A stretch of 64,000 nucleotides of DNA. Source: Candidatus Poribacteria bacterium (GTDB lineage: Bacteria > Poribacteria > WGA-4E > WGA-3G). The position numbers were made by a program, and so were the translations under genes. Below are positions 50,996 to 61,235 of this stretch, one piece after another; position 1 is the first letter of the stretch, and each line of letters begins with the position of its first letter. Under the pieces are notes generated by a model, which was not told the DNA's origin, ran no database searches, and saw nothing but the letters and a program-made list of their open reading frames with translations. The stretch is from contig OZ242029.1 of the NCBI GenBank assembly GCA_965205015.1, positions 2,336,001 to 2,400,000 of the forward strand, read 5' to 3'.

Positions 50996-51180
50996 CGAAA
51001 AAATTAGGCACGGAACCCGCGAATTGCCTATCTCCTTGTATCCATGTGTTTTTTCCATATTTCCGGGTATTTTACCAAAGTCCCTGAAAACAGTCAAACC
51101 TAAAATGCTAAAATTGGTTCACTCCGTTCTCATAGGACGCGTACATCTTTCCTGTGCTCCAAGCGTAGAATAGCGCGTTG

Positions 51181-52527
51181 CAGGGGTATTCAGTTTTCGG
51201 TTTTTTCGTAATATTTTTCACATCTGTTAATATTATAAAATAAACAGATACAGCGTGACTTTTCCCGCTGTATCTGCTATACTTCACCGTAAAAAACCAT
51301 CACATTTTTTGAGGTGAATCATGACAAGAAGTTCCTCTTGCCACTTACTTGACATATTAGCAGAAGTTCCGGATCCACGCCATAAAAAAGGGAAACGCTA
51401 CAACTTGGGGTCTATCCTTGCGCTGCTCGTCATCGGTGTAATGTCGAATCATAAAGGGTATACGTCTATAGCGACTTGGGCACGGCATCAAGGGGCCCTG
51501 GCAAAAGCGTTAGGTTTCAAATCAGAGAAGACCCCGTGTGCTGGAACGCTTCATAATCTTTTGAAGCGTCTTGACGTCGTGAGTCTCGAAGCCTTACTCA
51601 CGAAATGGGTGTTTTCAAAACTTGAAAGTCTTCAAGTTTTGAAAACACAGGATTTACAAGGGGTGGCGATAGATGGCAAAGAGTTATGTGGCTCCAAAGA
51701 CCCAGAAACCCGATACCGCACACATTTACTCTCCGCTGTCTCTCATGAGTTAGGGATTACCCTTACACAGCGGGCTGTCAGTGGAAAAACAAATGAGATC
51801 CCCATCTCAACGCAACTTCTGAAAACCTTTGATGTCACCGGGAAAGTCATAACAACAGATGCACTTTTGACCCAAAGAACCTTTTGTAAAGAGGTTCTCA
51901 AATATCACGCAAACTATGCAATGCCCGTCAAAGAGAATCACAAACAGATGTATCACGACATTCGCGAACTCTTTGAACCGCTTTCGGAGACAGACACACC
52001 ACACGTCCAAGCACGACGGTTTCAGAACCTACACACCGAGGCAGACGCACACCTTGATACCCACACAGACGTTGAAACATCACACGGGTTTATCACCACA
52101 CGCACGCTAACAGCAAGCACACTCTTGACGGATTATATCAACTGGCCAGGACTCGCACAAGTGTATCAATACCAATCCAAGCGGGAGAATACCAAAACAG
52201 GCGAGACTACCTACCAGACGCAGTATGGCATCACGAGTCTTACACCACAAGACGCATCCGCAGAAACTTTGCTCAAACTCCGACGCCAACACTGGACGAT
52301 AGAAAACAAAGTCCATTGGGTGCGAGATGTCGTCCTCGGGGAGGACGCTTCACAAGCAAGAACAGGGAGACTCCCACAAGTCATGGCTGCCCTACGCAAC
52401 ACTGCCCTGGCTCTCTTACGCTTTGACGGACACACAAAAATTGCGGAAACACTGCGATTTTTCGCTGCAAAACCTAAACTCGCAGTTAAACTCATACAGT
52501 GACAAAACTTAAAACTAAATACCCCTG
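51181..52527 (+). mobile_element. ISAs1-family insertion sequence (copy 2, diverged from copy 1)
   Basis: IRs caggggtattcagtttt / aaaactaaatacccctg. 10-bp TSD TAGCGCGTTG at 51171-80 and 52528-37. Confidence 0.92.
51321..52502 (+). CDS. ISAs1 family transposase
   Basis: VPDPR, AIDGK, KTNEIP, TTDAL and RQHWTIENKVHWVRDV. Confidence 0.95.
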   Translation: MTRSSSCHLLDILAEVPDPRHKKGKRYNLGSILALLVIGVMSNHKGYTSIATWARHQGALAKALGFKSEKTPCAGTLHNLLKRLDVVSLEALLTKWVFSKLESLQVLKTQDLQGVAIDGKELCGSKDPETRYRTHLLSAVSHELGITLTQRAVSGKTNEIPISTQLLKTFDVTGKVITTDALLTQRTFCKEVLKYHANYAMPVKENHKQMYHDIRELFEPLSETDTPHVQARRFQNLHTEADAHLDTHTDVETSHGFITTRTLTASTLLTDYINWPGLAQVYQYQSKRENTKTGETTYQTQYGITSLTPQDASAETLLKLRRQHWTIENKVHWVRDVVLGEDASQARTGRLPQVMAALRNTALALLRFDGHTKIAETLRFFAAKPKLAVKLIQ

Positions 52528-52618
52528 TAGCGCGTTGGAAAAAGGATTGAGTTTGAATTTTATATCAGGTATAATATATCAACGTCTTACGCAAAAATGA
52601 TATAAGGGGGTATTTCTC

Positions 52619-52945
52619 ATGGCAGAGACGCTTGAAACATTAGCAAAAAGGGTAACTCAGTTAGAAAAGGTGGTTGCAGAGATGACGCTGCAACTCTCCC
52701 GCTCCGTTGAGGTCTCGACACTTGTGGATCCAAAGAATTGCAAGGCAGCGGATGAACAGAGAACTTTTCGCATCACGGACAAACAGAATGAGGCACAAGC
52801 TATTCAGAAAATGCGTGAACATCTCGGCATTGCCGATATAGAACTCATGCCGCTTGAAGAACTTCGCAGGAGTATGGCACGTCGTGGCATCCGGGCGGAG
52901 GATAACGAGTTTAGCCGCGCCATTATTGAAGAACGCGAGAAATAG
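52619..52945 (+). CDS. Hypothetical small protein, antitoxin-like
   Basis: N-terminal coiled coil LAKRVTQLEK. Preceded by TTGAGT-17-TATAAT and an RBS. Confidence 0.55.
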   Translation: MAETLETLAKRVTQLEKVVAEMTLQLSRSVEVSTLVDPKNCKAADEQRTFRITDKQNEAQAIQKMREHLGIADIELMPLEELRRSMARRGIRAEDNEFSRAIIEEREK

Positions 52946-52961
52946 GGGGTGGTATCGCAGA

Positions 52962-53096
52962 ATGGCATTTAGCGATTTCAAAAAAATCTCTGAAGTCCAA
53001 GAAAAATTCAGAATCAAATATACGGCGAGCGCCTTTTTCGAGGTTGAAACAACGAAGTTTTTCAGGTTGATGAAACCCGACTTGGACCTGCAGTAA
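52962..53096 (+). pseudogene. Probable truncated gene fragment (MAFSDFKKISEVQEKF...)
   Basis: RBS and plausible N-terminus, but stops after 44 codons. Confidence 0.35.
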
Positions 53097-53321
53097 CGGA
53101 TACAACGCTCGGAATCAAAATAGCAGCACCGAAGAATTGGTTCTATTATAGTAAAGTTTAGAATTAATTAGACACTTTAAAGAGGCGAGGATACAATCCT
53201 CGCCAGCGGCGGAGAGGATTGTTTCGCTAAGCAACTGTCTACATATTTTTCGACTTTACTATAATCTAATCCACAAACAACAATAGGCACGCTGTAAAAG
53301 CATGCCCCCAAGGAGAAATTT

Positions 53322-53615
53322 ATGTTCAAAAAACTTTCCGCTGTGCTTCTCATCGTAGGAATGTTGTTCGTCATTGGTTGTGCGACACACATGCACAAAG
53401 TCGGGAACGGGGCACAAGGCACCGATCTGATCGAGTCACGGCAATGGTACGTGCTGTGGGGTTTGGTGCCGATCAACGAGGTTGATACACAGGCAATGGC
53501 AGGTGAGGCAACCGATTATGACATCATCACCGAGGTGAACCTGCTTGATGGTGTTATCAATGCGTTTGTCGGTACTGCCACGATCTATTGCCGCACCGTA
53601 ACTGTCCTGAAGTAA
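53322..53615 (+). CDS. Bor/Iss-like small lipoprotein
   Basis: Lipobox VIGC, WYVLWGLVP and C-terminal RTVTV. AAGGAG RBS. Confidence 0.65.
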   Translation: MFKKLSAVLLIVGMLFVIGCATHMHKVGNGAQGTDLIESRQWYVLWGLVPINEVDTQAMAGEATDYDIITEVNLLDGVINAFVGTATIYCRTVTVLK

Positions 53616-53695
53616 CCTATCGCTGGTTCAAACAACCCACAGGCAAAGTAGGTGTCTGTCTTAGCGTTAGACACTACTTTGCCATATCCGACCCT

Positions 53696-54769
53696 TCACG
53701 GCACCAACTGCACCTTAATCGAATCCGACCCTTCCTGAACCATCTCGAACCCCGTAAGATAATCTTCCAACGACAGTTGATGCGTCACAATATGCTCGAC
53801 CTCAATGAGACCGCGGTGGATGTAATCAATCGCCAGTGGATACGCATACGGACCTAAGTGCGAACCGTGGATGTTTAACTCCTTTGTGTCACCAATGATC
53901 GTCCAGTCCACGGTTACCGGCTCCCGCATGACACTGAATTCGACGAAAGTGCCCGCCTTCCGAATCATGTGCAGTCCCTGCTCAACCGCCTTCGGATGTC
54001 CCGTTGCCTCAATATAGACATCGCATCCGTAGCCTTCTGTGAGGTCTAACACCTCTTGAACAGCATCCGTTTCTGATGGGTTAATCCCGATATCCGCTCC
54101 CAACTTTTTGGCGACCTCCAACCGGTTTGGCATCAAATCTATGGCGATAAGCACCCCCGGATTTTTTAACTTCGCCGCACCGATCATACCGAGTCCGAGC
54201 GTGCCTGCTCCCGCAACCACGACAACATCACCGAACTCGATGTTCCCTCGTTGCACGGCATGAATAGAACAAGCGAGCGGTTCAATCATCGCTGCACTCG
54301 CCGTTGGGATATCGGACGGGACTTTGTAAACAAGCGAGCGCGCCGGAAACTTCATATAGTCCGCCATACCACCGTTCACAACAGGTTGAAACCCGTAGAT
54401 GTTGTGGACTTGGCAGAGCCAATACTTCCCGGTTCGACAATACCGACACTCCCAACACGGAACTATCTGCTCTGCGATAGCCGTATCACCGATTTCAAGT
54501 TTGTACTTCTCACCTGCCCCTGGACCGAGTTCCACGACTTCACCGATGAATTCGTGTCCGGCAATAACGGGTGCCTCTACGTAGGGTTTTCGGTGTTTAT
54601 CGCCCCAGAAAAGTGGCGCGCCTGTATAACACTTAATGTCGCTGGCACAAACCCCGCATGCGTTCACCTTAATGACGACTTCACCGGGACCCGCTTCCGG
54701 CAGTGGCACCTCTTCGAGGCGGTAATCCCAGGGTTCGCGACACATAATCGCTCGCATCGTTTTCGACAT
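53696..54769 (-). CDS. Zn-dependent polyol/alcohol dehydrogenase
   Basis: CGVCASD, GHEFIG, C..C..C...C structural Zn site and GAGTLG. Confidence 0.9.
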   Translation of the reverse strand: MSKTMRAIMCREPWDYRLEEVPLPEAGPGEVVIKVNACGVCASDIKCYTGAPLFWGDKHRKPYVEAPVIAGHEFIGEVVELGPGAGEKYKLEIGDTAIAEQIVPCWECRYCRTGKYWLCQVHNIYGFQPVVNGGMADYMKFPARSLVYKVPSDIPTASAAMIEPLACSIHAVQRGNIEFGDVVVVAGAGTLGLGMIGAAKLKNPGVLIAIDLMPNRLEVAKKLGADIGINPSETDAVQEVLDLTEGYGCDVYIEATGHPKAVEQGLHMIRKAGTFVEFSVMREPVTVDWTIIGDTKELNIHGSHLGPYAYPLAIDYIHRGLIEVEHIVTHQLSLEDYLTGFEMVQEGSDSIKVQLVP

Positions 54770-54880
54770 TTTTCTAACTATGGCCTCCCAGCCTGCCCTC
54801 CACTTCGTTCGTTAAGAGCGGATTTTCAGTAAGTCTTGTACACGAGGGGACGCGAAGGATCCGCGAAAGAAACAAGGCAC

Positions 54881-54969
54881 GTAGCACGTAATGTAATGGA
54901 GTGCGGATTTAAGGAATGCATTTGATAGTCTTAGCCCACGTGGTTCCTCCGCAAGGTATAATTAAAAAA
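54881..54969 (+). repeat. Dispersed ~100-bp repeat, copy 3
   Basis: gtagcacgtaatgtaatggagtgc...ccgcaaggtataattaaaaaa. Confidence 0.65.
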
Positions 54970-55474
54970 CGTGCAAGATGTGGTAGGCGGCGACTCCGAG
55001 TGAGACATGAACGTTCAGTGAGGCGCCTGCGCCGTACATCGGAAGATAAACTACCATATCACAGGCAGCAAGGGTCCGTTTCGTTACCCCGTGATCCTCG
55101 TGTCCCACGATGAGACAGATTTTATCTGGATAGTCTATTTCATCGTAACGGACCGATTGCTCGGTAACTTCTAAGGCGCAACTCGTGTAACCCTCTGCTT
55201 TGAGGGATAGAATCGCGTCCGCTGCCTGCTCTATGTACCGCCATTTCACGCGTCGGTGTTTCCCGCGCGCCACTTTACGCACCAATGGGTGGGGCGGTTG
55301 TGCGCTGATACCTGTTAAAATCAGTTCTTTCACGCGGCAGGCATCCGCTATCCGAAACGCGGAACCGACATTCACCGGGTCTTGTACGTCTTGTAGAATA
55401 AAAACCAGTTCTTTTTCCGGCGGTTTCGCCTGCTTCAAAAAGTCTTTAAGCGGTTTGCCACGTAACTGTTTCAT
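54962..55474 (-). CDS. SpoU/TrmH family RNA methyltransferase
   Basis: DPVNVGSAFR, VGHEDHGV and LPMYG..SLNV. Confidence 0.9.
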   Translation of the reverse strand: MKQLRGKPLKDFLKQAKPPEKELVFILQDVQDPVNVGSAFRIADACRVKELILTGISAQPPHPLVRKVARGKHRRVKWRYIEQAADAILSLKAEGYTSCALEVTEQSVRYDEIDYPDKICLIVGHEDHGVTKRTLAACDMVVYLPMYGAGASLNVHVSLGVAAYHILHVF

Positions 55475-55481
55475 CCGAATT

Positions 55482-56270
55482 TTAAGCCGCTTTACGTTGT
55501 ATCAAACGGCGTCTTGCACTCGCACGGGCAAGCCCGACATCCAACGTGATGTGGGGATAATCGCTGATGCCGAGGTTGATCGCATGTGTCGTTTCGAGGT
55601 TAAAGCCCCATTCGATCCATTCCGGCATATCCGCCTCTGGAATATCACCAGCGACGATAACTTTCATGATACTGATGCCTTTACCGAGCGAATACGCGCG
55701 TTCAATGTATTCCAGATGCCGGTCAAAGGGACCGCCTTCTAACATCTTACCCTCTTTATTTGCCGTTGTCAGAATGACATCAATTTCTGGATGGTCAATT
55801 ACCGCATCCATCACGGGACCCGTATAGATATGCGTGGAACAGCCGATGACTCGGATCTTGCCAGCCGCTTTCGCTTCTCGGAAGGCATCAAGTGCGCCCT
55901 CTCGTGATGTTAAATCTTCAGGTGAGGAAATGCCGTGCAGTAATAGAACATCTAAGTAATCCGTTTGCATTTCCTGAAGAGAACGTGTAATACTTACCTT
56001 GGCGCCTTCATAATCTTTTGCACCGGTTTTCGTTTGAATGACAACTTCATCTCGAGAAATTTGACGGACTGCCTCCCCAAGGTGCGGCTGGCTCCCATAA
56101 CCTTCGGCAGTGTCCCAAAACGTAATCCCTTCGTCAAGTGCCTTCAACATCAATTTACCACCGGCTTCGTAGTTTTCGCAGGTGTTGTTGAGATGTCCTG
56201 CCCCGAAACAGAGGCGTGAGATTTCTAAACCTGTTTTTCCGTATGCTAAATATTCCATGTTGTCCTCCAC
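55482..56270 (-). CDS. Aldo/keto reductase
   Basis: GKTGLEISRLCFG, WDTAEGY, TDYLDVLLLH and GKIRVIG. Confidence 0.9.
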   Translation of the reverse strand: MEDNMEYLAYGKTGLEISRLCFGAGHLNNTCENYEAGGKLMLKALDEGITFWDTAEGYGSQPHLGEAVRQISRDEVVIQTKTGAKDYEGAKVSITRSLQEMQTDYLDVLLLHGISSPEDLTSREGALDAFREAKAAGKIRVIGCSTHIYTGPVMDAVIDHPEIDVILTTANKEGKMLEGGPFDRHLEYIERAYSLGKGISIMKVIVAGDIPEADMPEWIEWGFNLETTHAINLGISDYPHITLDVGLARASARRRLIQRKAA

Positions 56271-56559
56271 GTCCAGTCGCTATTCACTTCAGGAGCCCTT
56301 ATTTAATAGTTTTCAGCGCGAGTTATTACGCGACCCTTTGAGTCGTCAGTTAAAGTCTGCACTATGATTTCCATGATTATTGAAGATTCCATCATCATGG
56401 TAATCACATAAATTAATAAATCTTGGTCAAAACTGGTTCAGATATTCTTGTGTATACTTTAACCGAATTTTGCTAAAAAATGCAACCCTTTTTTCTTGGT
56501 AACAAATCGCTTTTCAGGTATCATAAGAAGAGCGCTCGAACGTTGCGGAGGTATGATTG

Positions 56560-57768
56560 ATGACCAAGCGTTATTCCTTGCGAGAAAACAGTCTGGAGAG
56601 CCGCATCGACTTAGCCCCAGAGGGGCGGCATGTGTATAGGGGACGTACAATTTTCCATAATACCCCTACCGAAATCGTCCTTGCCGACGGACGCGTTCAA
56701 ACAATTCACGAAGTAGACGCCGGCAACGGCAGCACATGGATCGCACCTGCCTTGATAGATATTCAAGTGAACGGTTTCGCTGGATTCGATCTCAATGTTG
56801 CTATCGTTACGTCGGATGATGTGCTTGCGATGGTCCGCGCCCTCTGGCGGGTCGGTACCGGCTTCTTGTGCCCGACAGTCGTGACCGGTTCTTTCGACGG
56901 AATCAGCAATTCTCTTCGTGCCATTCTGAAAGCGTGTAAAGCGGATTCACGTGTGGCACACTCGATGCTTGGGATTCATCTTGAGGGACCCTATATCTCC
57001 GCCGAAGATGGACCGCGAGGGGCACATCCATTAGAGCATGTTAGAGAACCAAATTGGGACGAGTTTCAGCAGTGGCAGGACATTGCCGAAGGACACATCA
57101 CCATCGTAACGCTCGCCCCTGAGAAAAAGGGTGCCATCCCATTTATTGAAAAACTGGTTGCGAATGGGGTTGTTGTCGCATTGGGACATACAAATGCTAC
57201 GGCGGACGATATTCAAGCAGCAATTGACGCTGGTGCCAGACTTTCCACACATCTCGGCAACGGTGCGCACGCCTTAATCCGTCGCCATCCGAATTATATT
57301 TGGGAGCAACTCGGTGCCGATGAACTCTGGGCAAGCCTCATTGTTGATGGACATCACTTGCCCCCTACTGTCGCTAAATCAATGATACGCGCCAAGACGC
57401 TTGATCGGTGTCTTCTGGTCAGCGATGCTGTCGCTTTAGCGGGAATGAAACCGGGTATCTATCAGTTTGCAGGAAAATCGGTGGAGTTAACCGCAGAACG
57501 GTGTGTCCGATTGGTCGGGACAGAGTATCTCGCGGGTTCTGCCATTGAATTGGCACGTGGTATTGAGAACAGTGTCCGGTTCGCAGGTATCTCCCTTGAG
57601 GAAGCAGTCTCGCTCGCCACGCTACAACCGATGCGACTCCTCAACGCGGAAAAACGGGTAGAGGCGCAGACGAACCTGATTCTCTTTGAATGGGACGCCG
57701 CACAATGCCAAATCAATCTACTGGCGACAATTATTGGAGACGAATTGGTATATCCTTCAGAGGCTTGA
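56560..57768 (+). CDS. nagA: N-acetylglucosamine-6-phosphate deacetylase-like amidohydrolase
   Basis: IDIQVNG, GIHLEGPYI..RGAH, TLAPE, GHT, THLGNG, DGHH and LAGS. Confidence 0.8.
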   Translation: MTKRYSLRENSLESRIDLAPEGRHVYRGRTIFHNTPTEIVLADGRVQTIHEVDAGNGSTWIAPALIDIQVNGFAGFDLNVAIVTSDDVLAMVRALWRVGTGFLCPTVVTGSFDGISNSLRAILKACKADSRVAHSMLGIHLEGPYISAEDGPRGAHPLEHVREPNWDEFQQWQDIAEGHITIVTLAPEKKGAIPFIEKLVANGVVVALGHTNATADDIQAAIDAGARLSTHLGNGAHALIRRHPNYIWEQLGADELWASLIVDGHHLPPTVAKSMIRAKTLDRCLLVSDAVALAGMKPGIYQFAGKSVELTAERCVRLVGTEYLAGSAIELARGIENSVRFAGISLEEAVSLATLQPMRLLNAEKRVEAQTNLILFEWDAAQCQINLLATIIGDELVYPSEA

Positions 57769-57799
57769 TCTGTGGAATGAGAATTAGTCCGAAACCCAA

Positions 57800-57885
57800 G
57801 CCCGTAAGCGTAGTGGAGGGCGACTCGTGAGAAGGGCCGTCAAAGATGAAACCCACATTCTTCATCCGCAAAGTAAAATTAAAAA
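57800..57885 (+). repeat. Dispersed ~100-bp repeat, copy 4, overlapping the TPR gene start
   Basis: gcccgtaagcgtagtggagggc...ccgcaaagtaaaattaaaaa. Confidence 0.6.
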
Positions 57886-59443
57886 TTGGTTTGTAGGGAG
57901 TCTTTTCGCCTTCTGTTTCGTGGTATCACTTAGCGCGCAGCAAACGGATCAAGCGGAAACTGAATACTATGCTCGCGGGATGCGCGCAATCCAGTTAGGG
58001 CTTTACGATGAAGCAATCAGTGCTTTTCAACAGGTCTTGCAGCTGAACCCACAAAATGCCGAGGCGTACTGCGAACTCGGTGCGGCTTACAGGCTCAAGG
58101 AAAAAACCGACCAGGCGTTGGAGGCATATCTCTATGCTTTGGAATTGCCAGCGTCCCCGCAAACCCATGGGGTCGCGCATCTCTGTTTGGCACGGCTTTA
58201 CCATTCACAAGGAAAATTCACAGCCGCTGAAAACCACGGGCAACACGCTACGAACCTACTTCCGAGAAATGCCGAACCCTTTTTTCGGCTCGCGGATACA
58301 TACGTACAAAGGGGAAAGTTGGCGTTGGCGCAACGTATGTATCACCAAGCACTGGCATTGGATAAAAACCTTGCATCGGTCTACCAGGGATTGGGCAAAA
58401 TTGCGTTCCTACGGGATAGATTAGAGGAAGCCGCTCAGTATTACCAGAAGTCTCTTACGCTCGCGCCGTATCACGCCGAGACCTATTACAACCTCGGACT
58501 CGTTTATCGGCGTTTGGGACAGCGTTCCGTAGGCGGGGTTTCTAACCCCGATGCCTTACAGAATCTCGCGGAAGCGAAAAATCTGATGACCTCTTTCCAA
58601 CGGGTGAAAACTTATAACGAGCAGACGAACCGATATCGCAGGATCTTGCTGGAGCAACCAACTGCCTTGGAGCCGCGTGTAAAGTTGGCAGAGGCACACA
58701 TTGAAATGGGCAACTCTAAGGAGGCGATTCGTGTTTATCAAATCGCTACTGCGTTGCATCCCAAGAGACTCCCGCTTTATCACAATTTAGGTGGACTTTA
58801 CATGCAGACGGGACAGTTAGCAGCGGCAGTTTCAGCTTTTCAACGTCTTATTGCGCTTGATGATACAGACGCTGAAGCACATCTCCATCTCGGTTGGTTG
58901 CACGCTCGTCAACGCAAGTTCACTGAAGCACAGACTTACCTCCAGACGGCGATTCAACAAGATAAAAATTTAATTTCTGCCTACTATGGTCTGGCAGAGG
59001 TCTACGCACAACAAGGGTTGTTTGCCGATGCGATTGCTGTTTACCAACAATTGACGTCTATCCATCCCGATGAAGCAAAGGCATGGGTACGACAGGGGGT
59101 ACTTCATCTCAAACAGCAACGGGTTTCAGACGCTATTCTCGCTTTTACGCAGGCAATTGCCGTGGATGAAAACTCGGCAGATGCGCATAACAACTTGGCG
59201 TGGCTCTATGCATCGCAAGGGAAACAGTTGAAGCGCGCCGTTGAATTGGCGGAACGTGCTGTCGCTTTAGACGCGAATGCCGCTCGCTTGGACACGCTCG
59301 CTTACGCATACTACCGCTATGGCGCATACGCGCAGGCGGAGCAGGCTATCTTACGCGCAATCGACTTAGAACCGAAAAATACCACCTACAAAGACCGCTT
59401 GAACGAGATTCGGCAGGCGATGGAGGAAGCAAAAAAGCAGTGA
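57827..59443 (+). CDS. Secreted tetratricopeptide repeat protein
   Basis: More than 10 TPR motifs after a hydrophobic signal-like segment. Start uncertain. Confidence 0.85.
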   Translation: MRRAVKDETHILHPQSKIKNWFVGSLFAFCFVVSLSAQQTDQAETEYYARGMRAIQLGLYDEAISAFQQVLQLNPQNAEAYCELGAAYRLKEKTDQALEAYLYALELPASPQTHGVAHLCLARLYHSQGKFTAAENHGQHATNLLPRNAEPFFRLADTYVQRGKLALAQRMYHQALALDKNLASVYQGLGKIAFLRDRLEEAAQYYQKSLTLAPYHAETYYNLGLVYRRLGQRSVGGVSNPDALQNLAEAKNLMTSFQRVKTYNEQTNRYRRILLEQPTALEPRVKLAEAHIEMGNSKEAIRVYQIATALHPKRLPLYHNLGGLYMQTGQLAAAVSAFQRLIALDDTDAEAHLHLGWLHARQRKFTEAQTYLQTAIQQDKNLISAYYGLAEVYAQQGLFADAIAVYQQLTSIHPDEAKAWVRQGVLHLKQQRVSDAILAFTQAIAVDENSADAHNNLAWLYASQGKQLKRAVELAERAVALDANAARLDTLAYAYYRYGAYAQAEQAILRAIDLEPKNTTYKDRLNEIRQAMEEAKKQ

Positions 59444-61098
59444 TGTGCTATCTTCGTTTTTCTTTCCTTATGTGTGCCTTTCTCGTGTCATCTGTGGCAT
59501 ATCCCGTCACTTTCGTCGAGGTCGCTGAAAAGTCTGGGGTTCACTTCAAGCATACCGATGGTGAAAGCGGTAAACGCCTCTTTAATGAGCAATACGGGTC
59601 GGGCGGCGGCTTCTTCGATTACGATAATGACGGATATCTGGACCTCTATCTTATCAATGCCCGTCCGCAGGGAAAGCAAACGGCATCCATTCCGCTCCCT
59701 ACGAATGTTCTCTACCACAACAACGGTGATGGCTCTTTTACGGATGTCACCCGTGTCGCAGGCGTAGGCGATACCCGCTACGGTGTCGGCGCAACCACCG
59801 GTGATTACGATAACGATGGCGACGTAGACCTTTATCTAACCAACTTCGGGAGCAATGCGCTTTATCGTAATAACGGAGATGGCACTTTCACGGATGTCGC
59901 AGCCGCCGCACAGGTCGCGGATGCTGGGTGGGGGGCGAGTTGTGCCTTTGCTGACTTTGACAACGATGGGTTTCTTGAACTCTATGTGAGCAATTATGCG
60001 AAATACACCCCTGACGCGGATAAACCGTGTTATCGACACGATATTCCGGTCTACTGTGGTCCCAGTTCTTATCCCCCGCAACCGGATGTATTGTATCGTA
60101 ATAACGGGAATGGCACTTTTACGGATCTAACCGAACAGAACGGTTTGTTAAGTGTCCCTGCTGCACACGGTCTCGGCGTTGCCATTGGAGACAGTGATAA
60201 CGATGGTGACATTGACATCTATGTCGCCAACGATCAGGATTTCAACTTCCTCTTTGAAAATCGCGGCGATGGCACCTTTGAAGAGGCAGGGTTGCTCTCC
60301 GGTGTCAGCTGCAGCGATACGGGAAAAGCGGAAGCAGGGATGGGGATTGCCTTCGCAGATTACGACAATGATGGCAAGTTGGACCTCACCGTCAGTAACT
60401 TCCAGAACGAGACGAACACCCTCTACCACAATGAAGGCGACAACTTTTTCATTGATAGCACGATTCCCGCGGGTGTTGCTGAACACACGCATCGTTACCT
60501 CGGTTGGGGCATCGGTTTTCTCGATTACGATAATGACGGCTACAAGGATATATTCGTCGCAAACGGACATACGATGGATAACATCGCCGAGGTCGATCGA
60601 TCCACGACGACACCACAGCAGAACTTACTCTTTCGGAATTTAGGGGATGGGAAATTTGCGAATGTCACGGCACAGATGGGAGCGGGTTTCGCACTGCGTA
60701 AAACAAGCCGTGCCGCTGCTTTTGGCGATTATGACAACGATGGCGACATTGATATCCTCATCACAAACTGGAATCAGACCGTTGACCTCCTAAGGAATGA
60801 GGGCGGGAACCGAAACAACTGGATACAGGTGCAAGCGGTTGGCACGAAAAGTAACCGCTCCGGTATCGGCGCACGTATCAAAGTTGTTACGGGTGAACTC
60901 ACGCAGTATGCAGAGGTGAAGAGTAGCGGAAGTTATCTCGCATTCAGCGATCTTCGGGTTCACTTTGGACTGAAAGATGCTGAAAGCATTGACCTGTTGG
61001 AGATTCGTTGGAACAGTGGGATCGTTGATACCGCAACCAATCTTCCGGTGAATCGACGATTTATCGCGGTAGAGGGGAAAGAAATTATTTCAGAATAA
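59440..61098 (+). CDS. CRTAC1-like FG-GAP/VCBS repeat protein with ASPIC/UnbV domain
   Basis: Repeated DYDNDGxxD motifs; C-term NRSGIGARI...VHFGL. Confidence 0.9.
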   Translation: MMCYLRFSFLMCAFLVSSVAYPVTFVEVAEKSGVHFKHTDGESGKRLFNEQYGSGGGFFDYDNDGYLDLYLINARPQGKQTASIPLPTNVLYHNNGDGSFTDVTRVAGVGDTRYGVGATTGDYDNDGDVDLYLTNFGSNALYRNNGDGTFTDVAAAAQVADAGWGASCAFADFDNDGFLELYVSNYAKYTPDADKPCYRHDIPVYCGPSSYPPQPDVLYRNNGNGTFTDLTEQNGLLSVPAAHGLGVAIGDSDNDGDIDIYVANDQDFNFLFENRGDGTFEEAGLLSGVSCSDTGKAEAGMGIAFADYDNDGKLDLTVSNFQNETNTLYHNEGDNFFIDSTIPAGVAEHTHRYLGWGIGFLDYDNDGYKDIFVANGHTMDNIAEVDRSTTTPQQNLLFRNLGDGKFANVTAQMGAGFALRKTSRAAAFGDYDNDGDIDILITNWNQTVDLLRNEGGNRNNWIQVQAVGTKSNRSGIGARIKVVTGELTQYAEVKSSGSYLAFSDLRVHFGLKDAESIDLLEIRWNSGIVDTATNLPVNRRFIAVEGKEIISE

Positions 61099-61235
61099 CA
61101 ATTTTAATTTTTTGTTGAAAAAAAAGTAAAATTTTGTATAATGGGGACATGACATACAGCAAAATACGTAGATATGTCTTTACGTAGGTTGTTGGAACAA
61201 TTCAATGTAAGTTTCAAATTAGGAGGGAAATTGTA

